Origin: Takakia lepidozioides
Taxonomy: Eukaryota > Plantae > Bryophyta
Length of the DNA stretch: 64,000 nucleotides
Assembly (NCBI GenBank): GCA_030704615.1
Contig: CM060731.1
Span: 32,240,001-32,304,000 of the forward strand
Reading direction: 5' to 3'
In this document: positions 37,393-51,062 of the stretch, in pieces
Position numbering within the stretch: the stretch's first letter is position 1
How the letters are laid out: each line of letters begins with the position of its first letter
The notes under the pieces: model-generated
The model's input: the letters and a program-made list of their open reading frames with translations, nothing else
Told to the model about the DNA's origin: nothing
Database searches by the model: none
Made by a program: the position numbers and the translations under genes

Positions 37393-39387
37393 CCATGCAA
37401 AGCTGTTCTATGCTCATTGCTTGGCCTGCATGCCAGAACTCGATAAGAAAAGATAACTTCGCCAGATTCTGATTGGGGCAGTCTCTCTTGTGCGAGTGTA
37501 GCTTCAGGGACCATTTCAGCATGTCTCTTTCTATTCCTCATACCCACAGCAAAAATAAAACAAGGGTTTAGGGGAAGATTTTGAAGGAGTTTGAATTGGG
37601 AAACTACCAAGCTAGATTAATTGTCGCTCATATTGACATTCCTCTAATGGAGCTCCATGTTCACACCAAAATGATAGCCATACCATGACATCCATCCATG
37701 ATGACATTTTGCTCAAAATGGAGTCAAGGTAGCTACCTCTGCAAGCAGCATTTAACTGACTTCCAATTCAAAGCACCTTTTTTGTATACTGTCTGGTAAT
37801 CTTGAGTTTTTCATGAAAAGCACCGCACTGCAAATGGGCAGCAATAGCTTTAACTACCACCTTGTATAGACCTGGCTATAACCACAGAAACTCTACAAGC
37901 AAGAGTCTTTTGACAAGAGTCTGCAACAAAACAACTTCAAGCTACTGTGGATTCACAAAAATCAACTGACAAAAAACCCAGACACAGATCATCAATTCTC
38001 ACTGAGTGAAGTAATTGAAACCATTGTCCACTTTTTAGCTTCATCCCTGCTTTGTAAAACAAGGGATTAACATGCTTTTGTTCTACAACCGATGAATGCT
38101 TTGATTAAGATAGCCTCACCTTATCAGACCCTGTTGTTCCACCACTGCAAAGGATCAGAGGTGATGTCCTGCCAAAGCTGTATCCAACACATTTGATTGC
38201 ATCCTGATAGTGACAGTAACACCCCAGCTCTTAGATGTCTAGAAATGTACAAAGGGGGCTTGTTCAGCTTACAAAACACCTTCTCTCACCACCTGTGTTT
38301 GGTGATCACCATCCTATCCCAATCAATCTTCAAGTCTCCTAAGGCTCCAGTCTCTGAAACCATATTCTCTATCACTCAGTATATTTAATCTGTGTCTGCA
38401 CCGCAACAACAGCCAACTATGGCCTTGTCATCTGGGAGGTCCCAAATTGTTGCTTGAACTGTTAGGGCCCATGTCTTGTAGCGTAGCTGCTTTGCAAAAT
38501 GATGCTGGATTTCAATTGCAACAGCACATGGACTACCAGTTCAATCTGAACCAGGTGAAGCCAACAGGGGATCATCACCAGTATTCACAGAAAATCTTCA
38601 GCCCACCTCCTTTGGCAGCAACAGCAGGGAAGATGTGTCAATGGGCTCTAGACCCTCTTCTGGGGAGGCGCAGTGTTCACCCCCTCATATTGTCCTTCCC
38701 AAGACTTTCAGCCCTCCTATGCACCTCCTGGCACCAGAGACCAGGCCAGGTATGGCAGTAGCAGTAGTAGCCATGTGCACTACCACAGCAGCCAGCAGCC
38801 ACTGGTACCAGGCCACCTGCAGCCAGCTGCAACTAGGCCACCCACCCAGGGAACTTTGGGAAGCCCCTTGCACCAGTCCGCTGGGCTGCAATTTCTCTCC
38901 TGGTCACAGCAACATCCGAATCAGGCTACTTTTCTTCGTACATCTTCTTGTTGCCAAGAGATTAAAATGGGGGTGTACCCTAAGGATAACATAATTTCCA
39001 CCACCCTGATCTTTATCTTGTGTAGGGTCTTAATAATTTGGAAATACTGCTGGTGCTACTTGGGTTTTTGTTTGTTAGGTTGCTATAAGATGTCATAGTG
39101 TTGGAAGAGAAAGGGATCGACTGCAGACAGTATACTTGCTTGGTGATTGCTATTATATGCTTCCTTGACTTGATGTGGTGGGCGGGTAAGGAAATCAGAG
39201 GGGCAATAAAGGGTCAGAATAGCAATAGTATGCCCCACAGAAATGCAAGCATAGCGTCAAAACCAAAGAAGGCAGGGCTCATAACTAGAGCTGCTATATC
39301 AATCAATGCAGTGACAACACCAGAAATTCCACACATCCAATGGCGTATGCTCACGTTGTTAGCAAATCTACGCAGTAGAAGTTTCAT
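37393..39387 (-). pseudogene. 5' part of an OSB-PDF-motif pseudogene
   Basis: Presequence-like MKLLLRRFANNVSIRHW (ATG 39387); QLWQDITSDPLQWWNNR-SDK|gt (~38120-38182); KNSRLPD..TKKVL*IGS (~37755-37812); MSIEQL ending at the inversion junction. Confidence 0.55.
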
Positions 39388-39997
39388 ACCTGTGACAGGA
39401 TCAAGAAGGCTCGAGTAATAATTTGAAAGCTCAAAATCACTGCTCCATAGGACTCATTCTAGTCTCCTCTTAAAGATAATGATTATATTTTCTTGAAAGA
39501 CAAGTTTTATTGTCGAAAACCTTTCATTGCGACCTTGATCTGACCAATCTCTAAAACCCTTCTATCTGCACAGAGATGTTCTACTTATGAAACACCTCTA
39601 TTCACTTGTCTATCTGACTCATTACTTTCCCTCCCAATTCTCAACTAAGTTTAGTCTCTCTGTTTAGTCTCTACAGTCTTTAAGTGACTTTATTCACTCC
39701 ATGTTGATGTGTCTTCCTACATAGCCTTGCAGAGTAGTGAGGTCAGTTTCAGATTCCTAAAGCAGTACTTGAATTCACCCAGCCAGTTTTAAAAGGTGTC
39801 CATGATAACAGAAGGAAAATAATGTACCCACCTTACAGTGAATGGAAGGGAAATAATTGTGGCAGATTCATCACACAGCACCAGGGCAAACCTTTGAACA
39901 CAAACCTACACACATCAACAAAAGCATTCATAACTTGTCAGACGAAGAAACCAATGTCCACAACCTTTATGTTTTTGACTTGCTTATCTCTTCACTA

Positions 39998-40270
39998 GCA
40001 CCCACAGATGGCCCAGTAATTAGGGCACAACGCCGCCTTACAAGTGGTCGTGGGTTCAAAGCCACATGGGTGTAGGTTGGATGTCATCCATTATGGCCAA
40101 CCTAGCCATAAAAGCGGGATACTTGTGTCAACCGGTTACTTACTTTGTGGGTACCTGGGGACTTTCAAGTCCTTGGGGAGGGGTTGGGCAACCTTGTTGC
40201 CCTGGTTACGGCCGTTAGAAGGTGTCCACTTTCCAAACGGAAGGCAGTAGCCCTTCGGGGTGAGGTGATA
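39998..40270 (+). mobile_element. Putative tRNA-derived SINE
   Basis: Acceptor-like stem GCACCCA (39998) / TGGGTGT (40067-40073), A-box-like TGGCCCAGTAATTAGGG and B-box GGTTCAAAGCC; no valid anticodon arm; 3' end approximate. Confidence 0.5.
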
Positions 40271-40470
40271 CCATAAGTTACACTTGCTTCTGCAAGAGTC
40301 TTCCTTCTCTTCTTCCGAATACAAATGGAAAAGTATATATCAAATGTAGCCTAAATTCTGCACTTTGCAGAGGGATAGAGGTGATTTCAATAAGCTGGTT
40401 CCCACTACCATATTGAAAGCTTGGAAGAGAGAGAACCTTTTCTTTGCTCCATCAGGTCAGAGGCCTGGTG

Positions 40471-43195
40471 TTATACCCAGAAATTGCTCCTAACTTGGCT
40501 TGATTCAGTTAGCAACTGCAGGAGTGCTGCCTGCTCCCAGTAAACCACCAACTTGTCTTTCACGTCGGTGGAAGACTGAGAGAAGTTTGTATGTACCAGT
40601 GCACTGCATCCACACTCTCCTCCCAACACTCTAGCGAGCATCAGGTTTGTGCGTGCCACCAGCTTGGAGTTGTTTGGCAATGCAACCAGTCTTTGCTTGG
40701 CTGCCATCCGATTTCAGTGAAGAAGACACCAACGTGGCAGAGCATTATTAGAGGTAAAGCCCTATCAATGAGATGGCATTCAAGTAAAGATTACATTCTA
40801 AAGCATCTTCCCACTGTGCAGCGAAACTCAACAATCCAGATATATGTGACCAACACCCAAGCAGAGGGGAGCCTGTTACCGTCTATTTGCTTCCACAACT
40901 GGTGGGATTGATCAACACCTTTAATTACGTCGGAATCAGAAAGATTTCCTCCACTTCCAGGCCTTGATCAAACAGGAACAGATGTAGCTCATGAAGCAGT
41001 ACTGTCTTACCTTGGATTGAGCAAAGTGATCTGCCTGTGACATTTGTGCCTCGCACATCAAGAAGCAGTAAATCTGGGATCACTGCACTCTACCAAAACG
41101 TAGAGATCAGAACCTGTCCACCAGGCAAAAAACCTTCTCCTGACAAATTGAAGGGACTAAACAACAGCTAGATGGAACACATTGCAATGTTGGAAACTAG
41201 GAAGATGCCAAACCTCTATGGATAACTCTGGCTACTGTAAGCATTTAGAAAAGCATACTGCTGGCCACTGCTATATCCTAAAGATGGAGAGTGATGCCTA
41301 CTGTGAGCAACTCTGCCCATTATCTTGTGCTGAAGTGCCATCAACTTCAATTTGGTCAGGCTCCACTCTGAATCAGTACTCCAGGTTTTATTAAATCCTT
41401 TTTGGGGATTATAGATTTACTGCTGAAATCAAGCTGCAAATATCTTAGGTGATGAAAAGTAGTAGCCTACATGTTTTGCCCAGAAAAAATTGAGGTCAAA
41501 AGTGGCAATACAAGCAGGCAGTTTCTTGGAACTGACCCAACAAGTGAGAGACAACAGCCTGTGTGATGTGTGTAAGTTGCAGCCGCAGATAGATCAAGTG
41601 TGAGACAGGCCATTGCTCCATCAATTGCTCCACTTGGCTACCCCTATGTGCTGCTTGCTTCATCAGAACTCCTGAAGCTAGTACACCTTGCTGGGAGGCT
41701 TTCCAAGCCTGCAACCGGCAGCCATATGTGAGAGCCTCCACCAAACCATTGCTGACACTTGTGCCACTCACGTTCAGTGCCCGCAGCGTTCTCATGCCTG
41801 CCTACACAAGTGAGCACCCAGTTAGCCTTTCACTGCCAGCACATAAGTCAAAATAAGCAGATACTTCACATGTGTGCTTTTGACAAAACGATAAACCAAA
41901 GAGATTACTTGATTGCAGTCAAGATCCTTCAGGAAAACAAAGGGTCGACTCCTGCCGAATGGTTGATATTATACTTCAAGTTAGCAACAATGAATGAACA
42001 AGTGCCAGACCTGGAATAAAATGGGCAGCGAGGGCATCAGTTATTGAGATGACATTCTCCACATCCAGACACTGCAGTTGCGGCAACTCTGCATTCATGC
42101 GTACACACACATGCTGTGTCTTGCCGAAGGTCTACAGATGTGATCAATGATCTAAGTGCAAGTTGCGCTGCCTCCAGAGAACCATCTGGTGGTACATTCT
42201 TTCAAACTCTCTTCTCTACAACGTTTTATGAACACTGCAGATATGCGACCCACATCAGCATGAAGCAAAATCTGAGTTTGCAAGTCCGAAACCCTTAGAA
42301 ACGCGCACCAGAGCTGAGTGGGAGAGACAAGAAACCAAGGCAGGGGTTGAAACGGAACAAGAGGATAGAGAATGACATACGCTGGATGAACTTGAGGCAA
42401 TCGCCTGGCAAGGACTGGCAATCCCTTACGTTCAAACACTCCAGAGCCTGCAGTCCTGTTAACCATTCAGTGTCCCAAGTCCCAACCCTTCATGTATTTC
42501 TCATGTATTTGCACGTGCTGAGTATGAAGTTGCGGATTAAGAACTGCAGAAAAAGCAAGACAAGATGGGCATCCGCAAAGAATACACTAACGACACTAAT
42601 TCTCCGACTTCTATTTCCAAACGCACAACCTCATAAACGCTCCGAACAAATAACAAAACCTTTGAGGGCCCTGCATGTTTCGTAATGTAGCCGACTCCAT
42701 TGCACCTACATGCTACCGTCCAATTGCTTCAAAAACACAATTGAATTTGTACTGAGCCGAACTCAGACACAAATATGTAGTGATGAATGAGAAGGAGGAG
42801 AAGCGATGCATACCAGGAATGAAACTAAGGTCGTCGAGCCAGGTGCATCCTCTTAAATCCAGCCTTACAAGATGCTTTCCTGCACAGGGAAGATGTTGCA
42901 TTCCTCTACTATTTACACCATCCACTCCAGACAGACGCAGACTATGAGGTTTGCAGAAGGTTGCACACACAATAACCAGCTCCGAAAAAGATGGACCAGG
43001 GAAGGTGCATAGGAATTTCTGAATGAGAACTACAGCCAATTCACAAGGCAGGGAATGAAGAGCGTGGGCATATTTTGACAAACTGGCTGCGGCTCGCTGC
43101 ATGCACAGCTGCAGCAGGGAGGGTTTTTGTGCCGCGAGGCACACCCTTGCCCCCTCAGACATAATGTGGTATCCAGCAGCGTGCTTGGCTTCCAT
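40471..43195 (-). CDS. RNI-like leucine-rich repeat protein; at least 6 exons
   Basis: Exons 43195-42814, 42455-42381, 42088-42011, 41797-41537, 41082-41011, 40700-(40471); all introns phase 1. LRRs LVRLDLRGC, LECLNVRDC, LQCLDVEN, LRALNVSGT, LLLLDVRGT. 3' end uncertain. Confidence 0.75.
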
Positions 43196-44574
43196 CCTTC
43201 CACTTCTCCAACAGTCAGGCTGAAGCCTACTCTGTGGTGTTCAGAATTGAGCGACAGTCCCTAAGCTTACTTCTCCACAATCAGTGCATCAATGTCTTCC
43301 GTTTGTCTCCTACCTCCACTTCCGATCTTCGAAATGGGCTTCGCATGCTGCAGCAGCAAATTCTCAAAACGAGTCTGAGAGGAATTACAACCACGTTAGG
43401 GCAATGAGGACCTTTACCAAAGAAGCGATTTCCCACCCCCTCCGATGGGCATGGAACAGCTCATATACCTCCTAGAAGGTAATTCTACCACTAGAAACTG
43501 CCACTTCGATGTCAATGAGGAATTGCATGCCCCGGCTACCAAGACAGTTTTGTAGCTCATTGGCATAAGAGACTACATCCCCCATGCCTTTGTCAAGGGT
43601 TGCACTCTGTCAATTCATCAGCTTTGCTGCCTCCCATCCGTCGGCAATAGAAGGATGGGAGGTAATGCTTCAAACTGGAGTAGCGTCTCATCAAGACAAA
43701 TCTTTGTATCTCACAACGAGAACGATCTAAGAAGAATGCGCCTAGTGGATGCTTGGAGAAGCACAACAGAACTCCATTTCTTGCACAAGAATGCTGAGAT
43801 GTTGTGTAGCTGTGCAGCCATTACATATTGCCATGATGAAGCCAGTGAGGGGCTCTCTCTGTCCCTTCCTCAGAGAACCTGATCAACACTATTTGTAGCA
43901 ATACTGTAGGTAGCTTCCGGCTTGAAAGCCAAAAGTTAACCACACATAGCCGTCATCCTTAACACAGAAGACTTCCAGTAGATGACACTCATTGTTGTTC
44001 CTCTCTATCCCATGTGAAAGGGCCATTTCCTTTGTACTGCAGTGGTCAGAGTCTGTTAAATTTTCCTCATGAGGTAATCCCTTGCAGTACACAATAGCCT
44101 TCTGTACATAACACATGGCAACCGGCATGGCTTTAAACCATGCCATTCAATTCCTTAGCTGTCACAGCCCTCGTGGGTGCCATATACCTTCTTAGGTGGT
44201 TAAGGATTATATTACAAACAACACCACTACAGCTCAGATAAAATTGTCACAGCCCACGGGTGGTCAACAAAGCAACTGCAAAAATTACCGATATATGATG
44301 ACTGTGAAATCATTCACAAGGACAATATATGGTCTAGATAACCCATTTGGACCTTCTCTGCAACCTTGAATAAGTACACACATACCAGGTACCTTTGAGA
44401 AGAAATGGAAAAACAGAGGGAGCACAGAAGACCATCACAATGAATATGTTTATCCATGAAGTGTTCCAAAAACATCCTACACTAGCAAAATGCTTGTCTT
44501 TGCAGGCTACCCCAAGATATTCATTGCCTGTGGTGCTCACAATTTGAAGTTCTAGTGAACCAGGTAATGCCGCC

Positions 44575-46850
<2,276 letters not shown>

Positions 46851-47284
46851 GGCTGCGAGCTCCCAGCTTGCTGCCTGTGGCGGCTGTCGCCTCGTTAGAA
46901 CTTCAAAGAGAGACACTCTTCGGCCCGCACTCTCCCTTTGGTTGCAGGCACTGCGATTAGGGATTTTAGTAATCGTCGTCAATCCGCTAATCCCTGTACT
47001 AATCTCACTCTTAAATATACACTGAGATGTTTAACTTATATAAAATGGGCGCTGAAGCCTTTTCTTTCTTTTATTTGTTTCTTCATTTCTCCCCTAATGA
47101 GCCCAGCTGCCTCAGGTATGATGTTTTGTGAACTGGCCCGGTTGCTGGTAGAATCTCAATTCATTCTGTGTTCTTCCTAAGCAAGTCATGAAAGTAGGGA
47201 GCGCAAGATGTTTCCATGGAGTTTGCAAGTTACTTCGGAGATGTGGCTTGGTTCAACTGTGGCTGCTCTGTTGCTCCCTGGTGG

Positions 47285-47380
47285 TTTTCACAGGGAATCC
47301 AAAATCTCCAGATAAGAAGAGGTACTGAGGATTGGGAGTTGGTTCAAACCTCCTTGGGTGAAAGTAAAGCTATTTGCAAT
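47285..47380 (+). pseudogene. Further PDF-motif exon relic
   Basis: After cacag: NPKSPD..L.IGSWFKPPWVKVKL; similar to 36697-36795. Confidence 0.55.
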
Positions 47381-48166
47381 GCCACAAGATCGAGGGCGGT
47401 CTAGTGATGGTGGAGAGATTTGTTCAGCGGCTGAATGTAGCTCACAGAGGCAATGCAAATTGAAATCCCCTGCAGGTTGTTTGAAAGCCAGTGACCAGAG
47501 ATCATCAGCCTCACACTCACCAACCCTCAACTTGCTGTGACCAACAGCCCCTATGCCGGTGTGAATGATCCGCAGCAGCAGCAGGTTACAATTACTGGGT
47601 CTACGGATCGGCAAACTTTCTTAAGAACCTGAACAGTGTGAATGATTTCTTGATCTATCAGTATGTATGTCAATACTTACTATGGTGTAAGAAAGACAGA
47701 TGCAACCACAGTGGAAAGGATGGTCTGTAGTTCTTTGGATCCTGCAGGAACAAAATTTTGTATAGTTTCACCATACAAGTGGAATGATATTCCCAATATA
47801 AGAGCATAACTGCAACAGACAAGTGACCTGTCACACAGATATCCCACATGACTTTCATGACAAATACAACTGGTGCTGGATTAATTCGAACAAACCATAC
47901 ACGCCATAATCCTGGTCACACATAGATGCTTAGGAGGAACAAACTGGAGAAGTACAACTGGGTGAGGAGTACACAAACACTTGACAGGGGACGTACTTCA
48001 AACTTCCCACCAAACAAAGGGACCCACGTCAAAAGAGCTTGGAGAAACAGTTACATCATAGCATTTGATGAGCTATACACAATCAACAGCTCTCAGCTGT
48101 GGATGCCATTAAAAATTTCGTACGTGAAAGGAAATTCGTTGGGTTTTTTCTAAATCAGCTCCAATA

Positions 48167-48941
48167 TCACAGCAGGTTCACATCTTCCACAGTCTTCTCA
48201 GGTTCAGCCCCTATAGCCTGCTTTGGTGACTGGAGCTCTGTTGCTTGTTCTTTTTTTGAGGTATCCCCAGCATTCATGTTCCCAATTCGGCTCATGTCCA
48301 ATCGGGTTTGGTAATGAAATGTAACTTTCAGTTGGACTCCAAGCACATTATGCATTTTTAACTCATTATACTTTTCAGTCAGTTTAGCAGTATCCATTTC
48401 GGCGACCACCAATTGTCTGCGTGTTTTCATTTCAAATTGCTCCCTAGACTTCTTATCAATATGAGGTGATCGCAACACAGTGAATAAGACTCGGTTCGAA
48501 GGCAATCCAACCTTTCGCGTCTTCAGCAGACGCCCTGCCCTTATTTTCTCAAACGACTTCAGATTGATGTACATCTTGGCAGTTGGGCGAGAGCTAATAC
48601 TGTCAGCTGTCTTCCCTTGCAGATCCTGCACACTCACCTGTACAGTTTCAGTACAACACAAACAATGCTAATTACAAGACAACAGCACATATCAAAAACA
48701 CACTCGTAGCTCAATGACAGATCGTGAAGAGACAACACATACCAAATACAAATTGACATAAAAAGGTCACCCTCTTCTGATCCAATTCTCCACTCACCTT
48801 CTCCCCTTGAGTTTCAGCTGGATGTCCTTTCTGTGGAGAATTGCGTCTCAACCCATCCGGTATGAGAGCCTTTAACCCAGGCTTTCCAGCATCAATGCTG
48901 ACACTTTTCCTCACTGCCCCGAGCAGATTTCTGTGGGCCAT
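48167..48941 (-). CDS. RPS10: Nuclear-encoded mitochondrial ribosomal protein S10; 2 exons
   Basis: Exons 48941-48798 and 48637-48167 (alternative splice sites possible); TAKMYINLKSFE..TRKVGLP..FTVLRSPHIDKKSREQFEMK is of the plant mitochondrial type; N-terminal extension. Confidence 0.9.
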
Positions 48942-50190
48942 GGGGATCTAACGCCTGCACACAAGCCCTTCAAATCCTCAAATAAAACCTCAATCGTTAG
49001 CTTCACGAGGCCATACAAACGCAGGCATCTCTCCTGTATCTGGCTTCCCCTCTACAGCTCGCAACAGAGCTTCCCATGGCTTCTTCACAACCCTGAACCC
49101 TAAACAGCCTGTTGCTACTAATTTTCATTTTTCTTTTTATCTTTTTCTTTTTTTCTTTTTTTGTGAACAGGGTTTATTGGCCCTGCCTTCTCAAGGCAGG
49201 ACTACGCAAGGGGTTCAGCCCCGCTTTTGACGCTTTACCCTTTTCTTTTCTTTTTTCTTCGATTTACTCTTCCAATTCGATCGAGACAGTTGCCACCAAA
49301 ATATTCTGTCCATATTTCTAATGAATGACATCCCCTGGATGAGCAGTTTCATGGTCTTTAGGTCTGGAGTTCAACTTGTTGTGCATGCTTATGAGAATAT
49401 TACCCTGCGTGCCACCTGGGTGATTCTGGGCTCAAATCCTGTTACCGCGAAATTTATTGTGTGATCTTCCAGATTTTTATTATCTATTCATAAGTACTAG
49501 GAGCTATGCATTCCATCTCCAACCATTCAAGTGGTGAAGGGCTTGCATGAATTGCATGCATTTATTTTCTTTAAGGGAAACTCCTGGGAGCAAGAGCTCA
49601 CAAATCAGGCCCCTTGATAGTGAGAGGAGAAAATAACCTCTTTCACAGAAACATGCCATAGAGGCTGAGAAATGGGATAGGAAGAAGAGTATACCACACC
49701 CATCAAGTAGCAAGATATGACCCCAGAATCATCTAGGTGGCTCTCAGTGCATTAACCAACCAAGCTACTGACTGTTAGTGCAAAATTTTGTCTTAAGTTT
49801 ATTATTATGTTCAAACTCCCCTTAAGTTTCTGAGCCATGGAGTGCTAAAGTCCCAGCTCGAAGGCAGCGCAGGGGATTGAACCCCCCACCACACTTATCG
49901 CGGATCCGAAGATAGTGTCAGAGTGGGGAAACTTGAGAGTGTGAAGAAGATCGATTAGAGCTTTGATTCTGCGCTCGGTTTTGAAAGAGGACGGAAAATC
50001 GTGAAGGTATGGTCATCGTCTCCCTCCTCAGATCCGTTTGTTTTTTGCCATCATATCCCTGCATTCTTCCGCAGGCATTTGGTTGGAATGCTACCCTGAG
50101 ATTAGTACAGTGGCCTCTTCTTTTCACTCTGGATCTGTCTATCTTGTTGCTGTTCATACTGATATATTTGAACGGGCTTTTGAACGGGAT

Positions 50191-50588
50191 ATGGGTTTAA
50201 CAATTGCCAATCACTACGTAGGGTAAATTCTCCCTCCGTGAGCCCTCTGTGGTGATCTCTTCATCTCAAGGAATGTGTTCAGCTGTTGTGTCCACATTTC
50301 TGGCTTTGGCGACATCATCTCTGTGGCAGCTGCGTGAGGCTGTTCATCTTCTGGCGACACTTAGCCAAAGAAAATTGTCCACCGGGTGAATCATGGGTTT
50401 AACAATTGCCAACACTACTTAGGCTAATTTCTTGATCTGGGACTTCTCTATGGTAATCTCTTCATCTGAAGGAATTTGTTCAGCTGTAGTGTACCTTTTC
50501 TGGCTCTGGCGACATCATCTCTCTGGCAGCTTACTTGCATGAGGCTCTTCATCTTCAGGGGACACGTAGCCAACGAAAATTCTCCACC
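50191..50588. repeat. ~200-bp diverged tandem duplication upstream of the PPR gene
   Basis: Units start atgggtttaacaattgccaa at 50191 and 50393. Confidence 0.9.
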
Positions 50589-51062
50589 ATTCAGTATACT
50601 CATAGACATCAAACTGACCCTCAAACATCGAACATCACTTGAGAATGGTCTAGTGAGGAATTAGTGAAAATGCTGTGAGAGGGACTGACGGTGCCGATAG
50701 CCAGATGTGATTGGGAGCTACCTGAATCTCAGAGTATTTTGGCTTTATCTGGTGTTAGAAGTTGCTGTGGTTTTTGTCTTTCAGTGTCAGCCTCTGTGTT
50801 GAGATGAGTTTGCAGGAGTGTTGGGGCATGCGGAAGACAGCCAGTGTCAGAAAGAATGGAAACTTGAATAGGTACTGCTGGGAGGATTTTAGTTGAAACA
50901 GATAGAAGTGGTACACTTTACTTTTCAAAGTAGGCGACTGCAGTAGTTTGGTAATCCTGGTCACAGGGAGCAAGGAGCTCATCCTTTTTCTTTGAAGTGT
51001 CCAAGAGCTCAATATGAATTTTATTGTAGTGGTTTATAACACCAGGTTTCAAGTCATGCAGG

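Noticed and set aside
39998-40073. Functional tRNA gene
   Set aside because: D-arm spacing and anticodon arm do not form a cloverleaf.
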